A DNA stretch of 64,000 nt from Mobula hypostoma (lineage: Eukaryota). The notes beneath the pieces were generated by a model. The model was not told the DNA's origin. It saw only the letters and a list, made by a program, of their open reading frames with translations, and searched no databases. Below are positions 49,500 to 62,204 of the stretch, one piece after another. The stretch spans positions 21,514,001-21,578,000 of the forward strand of contig NC_086106.1 in assembly GCF_963921235.1 (NCBI RefSeq), written 5' to 3'. The first letter of the stretch is position 1. Every line of letters starts with the position of its first letter. The translations under genes and the position numbers were made by a program.

Positions 49500-50448
49500 G
49501 ACACTACAGCGTCGCGGTAGCAAGACATCTTTACATTTCGTAGCGTTGGTGTTCGAAAGAAAATTCTGGCATCTTCTATAAGTAAGGTAGTCCGTTTCTT
49601 TCCATGTGCGTGAAAATTTCCACCGGGTTCTCCGTAAACTGCCACAATTCAAATACGTATCAGTCAGTACCACTCATTGTAAACTGTCCCGTGAATAGTT
49701 TAGAGTTAAGTCTCTGCAGCAGGGTGCAAAGGGACTTAGGTACCATCCTGCAAGACTCCCAGAAGTTTAATTTTCAGGTTCAGTCTGTGGTAATGAAAAC
49801 AAATGGAATGTTGGCATTTATTCAAGGGCAATAGAGTATAAAACACAAAGATATTACTAAGTCTTTATAAGACATTAGTTAGGTCGCACTTGGTGTATTG
49901 TCAGCAGTTTGGGACCCCATATCTTAGAGAGGATGTGTTCTTCTCGAAAAGACCCCAGAGGAGGTCCATGCGAATGAATGAAAAAAAAACATATGATGGC
50001 CGTTTAGTAGCTTTGGCCGATACTCACTCGGATGTTGATGTGTGCGGAGGTGGAGTGGGGTGGGAGGATCTCATTGAAACCGTCGGAATGTTGGAAGAAC
50101 TAGACAGTGTGGATATGGAGAGTATGTCTTCTGTGGTTGGGCTAATCTGGACTAGAAGGCACAGCCTCAAAATTGAGGGCGATCATTTAGAACAAAGATA
50201 AGTAGCGACCATTGAGGGACGAACATTAAGAACAAAAGTAATGCCACAAACTGCAATGAAAGCCAAGACTGTGCATACATTTACGGCAGAAGGTGATCGT
50301 ATCTGATGGGTCAGTGGGTGAAATGATATTGCGAGAAGGCAGGTATATGGATTTGAGTGGGATGCGGGTTCATACATGATGAGTTGGCGGAGCGGTCTCC
50401 ATGGTCTGAATGACCTAATTCCGTTTCGATGTCTTATGGTCTTATGGT
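49500..50448 (+). mobile_element. Degenerate tRNA/V-SINE-like head (about 49500-49700) followed by a CR1 3' fragment
   Basis: gcggtagca..ccgggttctccg..ccaca..cattgtaaactgtcc resembles the V-SINE core; RSHLVYCQQFGTPYLRED; (tcttatgg)n tail. Confidence 0.6.
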
Positions 50449-53037
50449 AGACTGTCGGGCGGTGCAGCTTGCAGGACAGGAAGGGTTTTTTTTTACATTT
50501 TATTTCTATGTAAATACGTACGTAAATAACAAGGAGAGGCTTTTAAATTTGCTAGTTTCATGGTAGCCTGCAGTTATGATAGTTTCCTTCTATAAACGCT
50601 GTTATTCGAAAACATTGAAGCGGCACGATTAACATTGGTACCCTAAATATCGCGACAACAGCCTGAAGTTAACTGTGCCGAGAAGTTTCTCAACTAGTCA
50701 AGTAAATCGAAAGAAAAGTGAGATAGTTCTCATATTCAAATTAATGATTCGGACAAAAACTATCCAAACTCATATTGAGAAAAGGACAGTTGAGTAACAC
50801 AGGATTGTATTTCTGCGTGTTCAACCATTCAGTCCGCAACCCGCTGTCGTAGTTTATTTTCCATATGATGAAACTGCAGAACATTCCCCTGTCCTCGAAA
50901 TGCAAGGTGCGGTATTAGTTGGAAGTAATTTTGACCGGATTTCTCGAAATGGAGATGTTTCTTGAGTTATTTTTACATCTCTAACTCTTGATGGCATTGA
51001 AATAAAACTTTGTGATTTTGTGCAATGACTTGGATGTAAAAGTAGAGACATTGCATAAAGCCTGATGGTGTTGTGTACTGAGTAGAAAGTTGCCACATGT
51101 TGCAACGGGATATATAAAACGTTCAGATCTGGGTAGATAAATGATAAATTACTTCTAAAAAGAAAAAAAAAAGCGCGTGAAATAATGAACATTAGAAAAT
51201 CGAAACTAAATTCTGAGTACAAGGTTATTAAGCGGATTCTTACTGATGCAGAGGTATAGATGGATCTCGGCATGCACGTCAGTAGACTTATCATTCCTGC
51301 CACGCAAGTGTATTTAAGTAAAATATGGTCTGTTGTCCTTTATTTGACTGGACATTCATTTTAAATGCCGTGAGAATATCTCCAAAGGTCCGATTAGACA
51401 TTACCAAGAGAAATGTGCTATTTTTTATCCGTCTCAGTATAGAGAGGATGCTGAAGGTTGAATAAGAGAACTCAGAAGATTTACCATGAGGCCTCATGGA
51501 TTAGAGAATGCCTTAGGGGAAGGTTTGAGTCAACCAGATCATTTCGTTTTGGAGCAACACTGTTTGATAGTCAGCTTAATAGAATTCCGTAAGATTATGT
51601 ATTTCAAAGATAGTTTTTTTCCCCTAGGGCGCAAGAATCTCCCGTTTATAGTAACTGGATGGAAATTTACATCATATATCAGGAATTTTGTTTTCTATTT
51701 TTTTATATATATACAGAGAAAGGAGGGTGATTGGAAATCCATGCCTGAGATGGGGGACATAAAAAAATACTATTATATTGAAGTAAAGTCGTAAAAAATG
51801 CGTTTGTATGAAGGATTTTTCGGATAACTCGTTTGTTCTTCTAAAATAGTTGGTATAGCAACGTTTGCCGAAGGGTCAGCAGTGTGCTGTCGTGTTTGAT
51901 ATTCTTTATATTATTTTCCATGAGATGGCTATCGGCAGATGATCCATCATTTTATTCTTTCCTACGGCCAACAGTTTTATCATCATTGTCTCTTTTTATT
52001 CATGTTTAAGACATTTCATTTGCTATTAGAATCCTTAAATGATTTTGCGCAGGACGTCTGGAATCCCTTCACCAGCTTTTGTAAAGATGCGGACATTCAT
52101 TATCTGTTGACCACCAAAGAGGAAAAAATGCATGGCCATTAACAGCATGACACAGCGATATTTCTGAGTAAGGCGCTTAAACTACTCTTTATAGAATCTT
52201 TCCATTTGCTTCATGCCAAATTACCTACATTTGAATATAGAGAAGGAGTAGGTTTCTGTAGTCATTTATGCCGCTCTATTCCATATTAATATCATTTCAA
52301 AACTCGACTCCTATGTTCCCAGTAATATTTGCATGATACTGATACTTGTTTAGGAAAACGTACGGCATTGTCTCGAAGTTATTCAAATAATCGATCTGCA
52401 CAGAAGATTCAGAAGCTACAGTTCCATGGATGCCTCGTTTCTAGGACAAACAAAATAAGGGACACGTTTCTTCATGAAATTGTTGATAATTTGTTCTAAA
52501 ATGAAATATGTCGGCAATATCCTAAAGGAATGGTCCTTGAAATATGTACGTTACACACCATGGGTGTTAAAGTTCATTTATTGTTACATGTTAGCTTAGG
52601 TTAGAACTTAGTTCGTTTGTGCTTTCGTGAGGCACTCTGCCTTTAACCGGGATGTGTAATAATCTCGTCCTCTGTCTATGTGACTGAATGAGATCTCTCG
52701 CCGGAACATAGTGCCCGCTCTGTTTTTATTCGTGTCGCAATAAAGACGCCAGTTAAGATAAATTAAAAGAAACGTTTTCTCGTCTGTCATCAAGGAAGGA
52801 ATTCTCGACACAATATAGTTGTTTCAGTGGCGGCTGACGGAGGACTCAAACATAACCGAAAGACGCCAAAAGAGTCGGGGTGTAATTCGCAACCAGTTTC
52901 CCCATCGGCTGATGGAGCGTAAACTATCGTATACATTTCTGCTGAGGACAGCTTGTTAGGATTTACCGTTGTGTCTTTTCGAACCAGATAGATGAGGGCA
53001 GGGTTCTCAGTTTCTTCTTTGGGGTCTTGGAGCTCCC

Positions 53038-53076
53038 ATGTTTTGTACCGCTCATTTCGTCTTTTGAAATGCTGTG
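53038..53076 (-). other. Second (distal) 23-RSS, cassette 3
   Basis: CACAGCA + 23 nt + ACAAAACAT; better preserved than the proximal RSS of this cassette. Confidence 0.7.
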
Positions 53077-53129
53077 TCAGCCACGATATTGAGGTTTCAG
53101 TTCATTTCGCTTTTTTCTGTATATAACTG

Positions 53130-53446
53130 CCTTAGCCGTCTTATGGCACATTTGTACAAAGCTGAGATGCTCACTTGCAGGGACGAGATTATTAACATGC
53201 TGATTTCTTTTTCTTTTTTTTTGTCACGATCAAGAGCACCGAAGAAGTGTGCTTCGGCAGCATTTTCCTGATCTCCATCTCCATAGGTATGCCTGTGCAG
53301 CAGCTGGTGTAGAGGGTCTGCTTGGAGCTTCGGGCATCAGTGTACTGTATAAGTAGAAAACCCGAAACATTAGCAGCTTAATGTGATGACGCCATCAGAA
53401 TAAGGAGATTTTACAGGCGAACTCTTTGACACCAGGGGTAATAGAT
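53130..53446 (-). pseudogene. Supporting TCRdelta V pseudogene, cassette 3
   Basis: Acceptor AG>TG; TAA after the first Cys (53372-53370); conserved Trp>TGA (53339-53337); CDR1 Cys>Ser; A-rich insertion; proximal heptamer lost. Confidence 0.9.
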
Positions 53447-54873
53447 CAGAAAGAATTTGAAAAAGACATCAGTATTATATTACTATCGTTACTGGATCCG
53501 GTACTCATAGGAATGGGCGAATGATTCCTACTTGCTGGTTTCGTTGACAATGTGTCCAAGATGCTTTTATTGCCTTTGGTAATTATTCCGGCGACTTGGT
53601 GCCGTAGGAAAAAAAAATGGCGGATGGTCCAGGAGGAGAAGAGAAATTACAGCATGTAAATACTCGAAAATGTGAAACGTCGCCGGATAGAATAACTCAG
53701 ATATAGATCATTGATGACAATTTCTCCCAGAGCCGGCAGCCAGAGAGATTGATGGACTACCTGTTCTATCATGTAAAATTCTACTTTGCTTTTATTTTTG
53801 TAAGGGAAAGACGAATAGGAAAACGGATTGATCTACATATTTATTGACAACAAACGATGTGCTATCTAGGAATATGTTTCTCTTTGATTTAGCCTCTTAA
53901 GATCCATGAGAAGGAAATGGTTTTCCGTGTTTGGGATGAGGATCTGTGTGACAACGTGTACAAGTTGTTAAATTAAAAACAGACGGGGTTAATACTTCCT
54001 AACCAGTCGGTGTAACACACCTACTGTGCTGAAGGAACTCGGCAGCCCATGCTGCATCTAAACAAAGAGTACACAGGCGATGCTTCAAGCAGAGACACTC
54101 TATCAGGGTATTCGTAGATGCCAGACGGATTACGGAAATTATCTAGCATTTTGGGTGTGTTGCTTGGGTCTCCAGCATCTAAAGATTTTATTTTGCTTCC
54201 CTGACGCTGTGCCAGGTCATATTCCGTTCTACTTAAACTTCAGTAAGTTTTCATGTGTTTATCCCCCTTATACTGCTTGTTCTACCAGAATATGGTATGT
54301 ATTCTGTCAACTTAAAAGGTTCTCACGCAGTCTATCAGTTGTCGCTTGCATTGCAGTTTACATGGGCGTATCAGGTACAATCGCAACTGAGTGTTTCACC
54401 GGTCTAATTGTGTATACTCTATAGATTGTGCATGATAAAGAATATCTTTTCATTTCTCTAACTGCAGTTTCTGCACAACTTGCGCAATCACTCAGCTCAT
54501 GATATCCTTGTGAAGTTCCGTGAAATTTGACAGCACTATATGCTGACCCAAGATCAGCATTTCTTCTTTTGCGCCCAAAACCGACTGCTGGAAACACAAG
54601 TTACCGTTCTGCATATGCGAGTAGACCTGTGCAGTTCCGCTTGTACTGCATGGGTGCAGAGATGAGATGCTTTTACTTTTAGTGTTCCTTTCCTCAGACG
54701 AGGTCATACATGTTCTAAACATGTTATTCTTCATTCAGCCCAACCTTATGGCTTCTATACCTGAAATCTCTAACAAACTTGATATTTTCAGGAAAAAATA
54801 TATATTAACTAAACTGCCCTTACAAGCATAGTGAAGAAACAGCAGTATAAATTTGGCCTGTTCAGATACTTAC

Positions 54874-54930
54874 CGACTGTGATTGTAACTCTGGAACCTG
54901 TTCCACCTTCATATTAGTTATGTAGATACT
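54874..54930 (-). pseudogene. NAR-TCR J, cassette 3, with in-frame stop
   Basis: YLHN*YEGGTGSRVTITV + G|gtaagt; TAA at 54916-54914; RSS CACCGTA-23-ACCAGCATC at 54931-54969. Confidence 0.85.
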
Positions 54931-55237
54931 CACCGTAATCCGACTCTCAGTCTCACTGGTACCAGCATCGCCCTCTATTCAGTCGAATCAGCATATATCA
55001 TTGGACACTGCACAATATTCCAGAATTTTAAAACATCAACAGCAACATTCAGAGTTGCATAAAATCCTGTGTAGTTACCTGTGAAAATGAAAACTATGTT
55101 AAACGGCCGCATTATACTTTCGGAATATCGGTTCCCTAAAATGCAGCAAATGTCAAAGAAAATGTTCCGAAAGGGACAAAATACAATAGAATTTACCAGC
55201 GCTAAAGTGACAGCATATATACTTTATTCGGGCCGAA

Positions 55238-55288
55238 GTTTGCGTTCGATTATCCTCCATTGTATGTATCATGTCAGGTTCAAATCGC
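55238..55288 (-). pseudogene. Remnant of the NAR-TCR D region, cassette 3 (D and 5' heptamer deleted)
   Basis: Both 12-spacers remain (tcgattatcctc; tcatgtcagg + ttcaaatcg) but only about 4 nt lie where D plus CACGGTG should be; 3' heptamer CAC>TAC. Confidence 0.75.
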
Positions 55289-55379
55289 AGAATAGAGAGG
55301 CTTGGAGATAATAGCGTCCTAACGGCTATTCCAGCTTCCTTGCTGTTGAAACTGGGTCGCGTCTGAAGTAAGGAATTAG

Positions 55380-58314
55380 AAACATAGAAACATAGAAAAT
55401 AGGTGCAGGAGTAGGCCATTCGGCCCTTCGAGCCTGCGCCGCCATTTATTATGATCATGGCTGATCATCCAACTCAGAACCCCACTCCAGACTTCCCTCC
55501 ATACCCCCTGACCCCCGTAGCCACAAGGGCCATATCTAACTCCCTCTTAAATACAGCCAATGAACTGGCCTCAACTGTTTCCTGTGGCAGAGAATTCCAC
55601 AGATTCACCACTCTCTGTGTGAATAAGTTTTTCCTAATCTCGGTCCTAAAAGGCTTCCCCTCTATCCTCAAACGGTGGCCCCTCGTTCTGGACTTCCCCA
55701 ACATCGGGAACAATCTTCCTGCATCTAGCCTGTCCAATCCCTTTAGGATTTTATACGTTTCAATCAGATCCCCCCTCAATCTTCTAAATTCCAACCAGTA
55801 CAAGCCCAGTTCATCCAGTCTTTCTTCATATGAAAGTTCTGCCATCCCAGAAATCAATCTGGTGAACCTTCTTTGTACTCCCTTAATGGCAAGGATGTCT
55901 TTCCTCAGATTAGGGGACCAAAACAGCACACAATACTCCAGGTGTGGTCTCACCAAGCCGTTGCACAACTGCTGTAGTACCTGCCTGCTCCTGTACTCGA
56001 ATCCTCTCGCTATAAATGCCAGCATGCCATTCGCCTTTTTCACCGCCTGCTGTACCTGCATGCCCACTTTCAATGACTGGTGTATAATGACACCCAGGTC
56101 TCGTTGCACCTCCACTTTTCCTAACAGGTCACCATTCAGATAATAATCTGTTTTCCTATTTTTGCCACCAAAGTGGATAACTTCACATTTATCCACATTA
56201 AATTGCATCTGCCATGAATTTGCCCACTCACCCAACCTATCCAAGACACCCTGCATCCTCTTAGCATCTTCCTCACAGCTAACACTGCCACCCAGCTTCG
56301 TGTCATCCGCAAACATGGAGATGCTGCATTTAATTCCCTTATCTAGGTCATTAATATTTATTGTAAACAACTGGTGTCCCAGCACTGAGCCTTGCGGTAC
56401 CCCACTAGTCACCGCCTGCCATTCTGAAAAGGTCCCGTTTATTCCCACTCTTTGCTTCCTGTCTCCTAACCAATTCTCCATCGACACCAATACCTTACCC
56501 CCAATACCGTGCGCTTTAAGTTTGCACACTAATCTCCTGTGTGGGACCTTGTCAAAAGCCTTTTGAAAATCCAAATATACCACATCCACTGGTTCTCCCC
56601 TATCCACTCTACTAGTTACATCCTCAAAAAATTCTATGAGATTCGTCAGACATGATTTTCCTTTCACAAATCCATGCTGACTTTGTCCGATAATTTCACC
56701 GCTTTCCAAATGTGCTGTTATCACATCCTTGATAACTGACTCCAGCAGTTTCCCCACCACCGACGTTAGGCTAACCGGTCTATAATTCCCTGGTTTCTCT
56801 CCCCCTCCTTTTTTAAAAAAAGTGGGGTTACATTAGCCACCCTCCAATCCTCAGGAACTAGTCCAGAATCTAACGAGTTTTGAAAAATTATCACTAATGC
56901 ATCGACTATTTCTTGGGCTACTTCCTTAAGCACTCTAGGATGCAGACCATCTGGCCCCGGGGATTTATCTGCCTTCTAACCCTTCAATTTACCTAACACC
57001 ACTTCCCCACTAACATGTATTTCGCTCAGTTCCTCCATCTCACTGGACCCTCTGTCCCCTACTATTTCTGGAAGATTATTTATGTCCTCCTTAGTGAAGA
57101 CAGAACCAACGTAATTATTCAATTGGTCTGCCATGTCCTTGCTCCCCATAATCAATTCACCTGTTTCTGTCTGCAGGGGACCGACATTTGTCTTTACCCG
57201 TCTTTTCCTTTTTTTTCATATCTATAAAAGCTTTTATAGTCCGTTTTTATGTTCCCTGCCAGTTTTCTCTCATAATCTTTTTTCCCCTTCCTAATTAAGC
57301 CCTTTGTCCTCCTCTGCTGAACTCTGAATTTCTCCCAGTCCTCAGGTGAGCCACTTTCTCTGGCTAATTTGTATGCTTCTTCTTTGGAATTGATACCATC
57401 CCTAACTTCTCTTGTCAGCCACGGGTGCACTACCTTCCTTGATTTATTCTTTTGCCAAACTGGGATGAACAATTGTTGTAGTTCATCCATGCAACCTTTA
57501 AATGCTTGCCATTGCATATCCACCGTCAATCCTTTAAGTGTCATTTGCCAGTCTATCTTAGCTAATTCACGTCTCATACCTTCAAAGTTACCCCTCTTTA
57601 AGTTCGGAACCTTTGTTTCTGAATTAATTATGTCACTCTCCATCTTAATGAAGAATTCCACCATATTATGGTCACTCTTAACCAAGGGGCCTCTCACGAC
57701 AAGATCGCTAATTAACCCTTCCTCATTGCTCAAAACCCAGTCCAGAATAACCTGCTCTCTAGTTGGTTCCTCGACATGTTGGTTCAAAAAACCATCCCGC
57801 ATACATTCCAAGAAATCCTCTTCCTCATCAACTTTACCAATTTGTTTCACCCAATCTACATGTAGATTGAAATCACCCATTATAACTGCTGTTCCTTTAT
57901 TGCACACATTTCTAATTTCCTGTTTAATACCATCTCCGACCTCACTACTACAGTTAGGTGACCTGTACACAACTCCCACCAGAGTCTTCTGCCCCTTAGT
58001 GTTACGCAGCACTACCCATATCGATTTCACATCTTCCCGGCTTATGTCCTTCCTTTCTATTGCGTTAATCTCTTCTGTAACCAGCAACGCCACGCCACCT
58101 CCCCTTCCCTCATGTCTATCCCTCCTGAATATTGAATACCCCTGAACGTTGAGCTCCCATCCCTGATCACCCTGTAGCCATGTCTCTGTGATCCCAACTA
58201 TATCATAATCATTAATAACAATCTGCACTTTCAATTCATCCATCTTATTACAAATGCTCCTTGCATTGACACACAACCTTGCATTGACACACAATGCAAC
58301 CTTGCATTGACATT
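55380..58314 (-). mobile_element. Young CR1 LINE inserted between NAR-TCR D and V of cassette 3
   Basis: Endonuclease ORF 57194-58294 (366 aa) and RT ORF 55474-56760 (428 aa) with few lesions between them; (catagaaa)n tail; 7-bp TSD GAATTAG at 55373-55379 and 58315-58321. Confidence 0.95.
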
Positions 58315-58578
58315 GAATTAGGAAGGATAAAAATAATTATCAGTTGCTTTTCACTACACAATTTTTGGGAAATGTGGTTTCATCAATGGAAATCAGAAAA
58401 CGAAAAGCACTAGAGTATGAACAGTAAATTATTCGTCCAGTTACAAGCGTTTCTCTATGGAACGCAGGAGAATTGTTTCGTGGAATTACCGACAAATTAC
58501 CTCTGCTCCATAAGCTGTTGATAGAATACTTTTAAATGAGTGTCTGAGGAAAGCAGCAATCTCTTTCCAAGCTCTGTG

Positions 58579-58866
58579 TATATTGGTATTCAACTTTACA
58601 GAAAGAGATGCCGCTGTCCTTAACTCCTACACTAATAATTTTCAGGGTAGTTGTCATTTCTGCATTATTTTGCGTTGTATTAAATTTTACATCCGTGTGG
58701 ATACGTTCCTACCATATTGCTGGCTGCCACTGTTTGAAGAACACTCCGGATACAAAATAATAGTGTCTCCAAAAACCAGTATGGAACCTACATGTGATAA
58801 TGAGAGACAGACATTCACTTTTCGACACTGCTCTTGGGCTTTGTGTCACGCATTGTTTGAGGAAGA
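58579..58866 (-). pseudogene. NAR-TCR V pseudogene, cassette 3
   Basis: Acceptor AG>GG; ..VTQSPRAVSKSECLSLIITCRFHTGFWRHYYFVSGVFFKQWQPAIW*ERIHTDVKFNTTQNNAEMTTTLKIISVGVKDSGISFCKVEYQY; TAG at 58711-58709; heptamer CACAGAG at 58578-58572, nonamer degenerate. Confidence 0.92.
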
Positions 58867-59013
58867 CCGGAAATTGCGAATATGGATTTGCGAAGCTGCA
58901 TTAGATGTAAAACAGACTGGATGGCTAATACTATGACTTCATGAATTTCTGAATCTATTTGTTTCGTTTTACATTTAACTTGCATATTGCGGGAAGTTGT
59001 GGACGGTTCTCAC

Positions 59014-59055
59014 AGTGAAGCAAAATCACAGAGCGGCATTCAACGGAAATTTCAT
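59014..59055 (-). pseudogene. Leader exon of NAR-TCR V, cassette 3, disabled
   Basis: MKFPLNAAL*FCFT; TGA at 59028-59026; 42 nt instead of 43; TATAAA and TGACG retained at 59081-59091. Confidence 0.85.
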
Positions 59056-60030
59056 CGTTTCGTCTCTGGGTGACAGATGGTTTATATGACGGATAGCTAG
59101 ACAGCTGTGGTAGGCTATTCCATAGAACCAGGCAGAGACAGCTCCGTCGGTTGTTGATCTACAGTTATGCAATTGCCACACTTCTTTTTTTCCGAATTAC
59201 ATTTGTGTGAGAGAGCATAAGGTTTAATAAGCTGCAGCTATGGTTCTGTTTCCACACAAATTCTTTGCAACTGATGTAAAAGCACCAACACGTCTGTTTT
59301 ACCGCCAATCGGTGCAGTGACACGTCCCTTCAATAAAGAAGAAAAGGTGGGGGACTTGCCAAAAGGAGATAATGTAGAAATGCCATGGTGTAAAAAAAGT
59401 CTCGTCAAGATAACTGTGAGTTGAGCTAAGTTTGTAAAGATATCAGCAGGCATTCTCCAGATGTCTCCCGTGATGGACTCAAAAAGATAGAGAAAGCCGA
59501 ACAAGGCGAAAAAGAATTGGACAGGTGACGTTATGGACACTGTGAAAGTTGCAGGTACAGTTGATGAAATTGACGTGTTCAGCAAGGGTTCATGAAGCAC
59601 TGCCTGTGTAGTCATCCATGTAGCACAGAAAGCGGTTGGGGTCTTTGGAACTTTAGTAGTGCACGCTTGGAATGTGGACTGTACCACATATGAGATGAAT
59701 ATATAACCAGAGTGGGGGAAGGGGCGTGTGGAGGGGCATGCGGGTACCGATGGCTAGACCGTGTGTATGGAGGAAGTGGGTGCAGGTGGGCAAAATGGTG
59801 TTTGTGAGAACGAGTTCCAAATTTTCCTCGTATTTCCTGCTCTTTATTTATGAGATAATGTGTGCAATAAACTGAGATGACAGCCCGTTAACTTCGCCGA
59901 AATGCTTGTCCTATACAGAAAACAACATTTCTTGCATTATCAACAAACCCCCAGCTGCCAGAACACTCATTCACCTGTGCGTACCATGACATGCAGATTA
60001 GTCGTTGTAGTTCTGTACCGGTCCGAGCAT

Positions 60031-62020
60031 GACCATAAGACCATAAGATTTCGGTTCACAAGTAGGTGATTAGGCCCATCGAAACTGCTGCGCTATTATA
60101 TCATGGGCTGATGCAACGCTTCCAGCCGTCCCCGCTACCCTGCCTTCTGCCCATACCCTTTCATGCACTGGCTAATCAAGAATGGGGTGTATGGGGTGTC
60201 AGGGAGGGGTAGCACCTCTGGTGGGATAACATGTCGCGTCCTTTTCAAGGCGGTTAGTCCACCTTTCGTCCCCACCTGGCACTCAGCTCTCACCTATGGC
60301 TCCCCGTAGCTGTTTGCCTGCGACAGCGGCCACACCCCGGGCAAAGGCTTCGACAAGCCGGCTAAACCAGGTGAGGGCAGCGAATGGGTCTCAAACCCTC
60401 GGTGTGATAGGGAGTTGTCTATCCCAGCATGTGAAGACAGACTCCGGCGGATTGAGCGGACGAGACCAATGGAAGGTCCAACGGTCAAGAAGGCGGTCTC
60501 TGCAAGCGTCGTGGAACGTGTAGAGCAGGACAAGACACAGAAGACGCCCTGGTCATCCACTGCGCCTAGTCCCATCTCCAGTCGTCTCGACTCTGTCTTG
60601 CCACTGGATCCAGATGGGAATTGGGAAGAGAAAGTGAGGCTGACGCTGCGCAACTCTCCCTCACTTAAACCCAAGTCAGGCGCTAGTCTCGACACCATCA
60701 ATAATGGTGTCGAGGTCCTCATCGACGTTGACGATGGACGAACACACAATCAAGAATCTATCAATCTCTGCCTTTAAAGCACCCAAAGACATGGCCTTCA
60801 CAGCCGCTTGTGGGAACGAATCCCACAGATTTACCACCCTCGGAGTAAGGTAATTTCTCCACATTTCTGTTCTAATTTAAAGTCCTTCAAACCTGAAGTT
60901 ATTCGTCTTGTCCGAGTCTCCCCTACCAATGGAATAACTTTGTCATGTCTAATTTTGTTCAGGTTGTTTAACATCCGCATTGTTTCTATGATATCTCTTC
61001 TCATACTCCTGAACTCCAGGGAATACAACCCAAGAACAGCCAGACATTCTTCATACGGTGACCCTTTAATTACTGGAATCAGTGGAATCATTCTCCTGAA
61101 TATTCTCTGAACTGTCTCCAATGTCAGTAACTCCTTTCTAAAACGAAGAGCCCAAAACTGCACACAGTACTCCACGTGTATCTCACGAGTGCTATACAGA
61201 GTCTCAACATCACATCCCTGCCTTCTTCACCACCTACTCAAACTGGAGGTGAACTTTATAGGTATCCTGCAAGAGGACTCCGTAGTCCTTACGCATCTCT
61301 CCATTTTGAATACTATCCCCTTTTAAGTAATAGTCTGTCCGTTTATTTCTTCCACCAAAGTGCATGAGCATACATTTTCCGGCATTGTATTTTATTTGCC
61401 ACTCTTTTGCCCATTACTCTAAACTATCTAATTCTCTTTGCAGGCTGTCTGTTGCCTCAACACTATCCGCTCCTCCACCTTTGACTGTATCATCGGCACA
61501 TTTAGCTACAGATCATTCATCCCATAGTTCATCCAATGATTGAAATACGTTGTAAGAAGCAATGGTCGCAACATCGACTGCTGTGGAAATCTGCTGGTAA
61601 CCGGCAGCAAAACAAAATAGGATCTCTTTATTCCCACACTGTATTTTCTTCCGACCAGTCAATGCTCTAAACGTGCTAGTAACTTCCCTGTAATTACATG
61701 GGTACCTATCTTGCTAAGAAGCCTCATGTGCGGCACCCTGTCAAAAGCGTTCTGAAAATCCAAGTACACCACATCTCCTTTGTCTACTCTGCTGCAATTT
61801 CCTCAAAAAAATTGCAGTAGGTTAGTCAGGCGGGATATTCTTCTCGGAAACCATGCTGCTTTTGGCCAACTCTTGTCATGTGCCTGCAGGTATTCTGTAT
61901 TCTCATCCCCGAAAATAGTTTCCAAGAAGTTCCAAATCACTGATATCATTCTAACAGGTCTATAGTTTCCTTTCTGCTGCCTCCCGCCGTTCTTAAATAG
62001 CGGGGCAACATTAGCAAAAT
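60031..62020 (-). mobile_element. CR1 LINE fragment upstream of cassette 3
   Basis: EYCVQFWALRFRKE and RT remnants; (gaccataa)n tail at 60031; absent at the homologous sites in units 1 and 2. Confidence 0.85.
60184..60747. mobile_element. 564-bp non-autonomous insertion nested in the CR1
   Basis: 10-bp TSD AATCAAGAAT at 60174-60183 and 60748-60757; GC-rich; no clear protein. Confidence 0.75.
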
Positions 62021-62204
62021 ATATTGCGGGTTCTTCTAAATTACAAATATTGCTGGTGGTCAGTAAACTACGTAATATAACAGCCGTTATTTATTCAGTG
62101 TGTTTTAATAGTGTTGATTAAAATAGAATGCGTAGATAAATCTGATAATTTAGTTAAAGAAAGTCCCGCAGCGTAGTATCAAAATAAAGTGAAATAACCA
62201 GCTT

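Noticed and set aside
55451-58145. Long plus-strand ORFs (230, 134 and 258 aa)
   Set aside because: Antisense shadows of the CR1 ORF2
60294-60777. Overlapping 151-aa and 120-aa ORFs in the nested insert
   Set aside because: GC-rich repeat with no recognisable domain; ORFs on both strands are expected by chance
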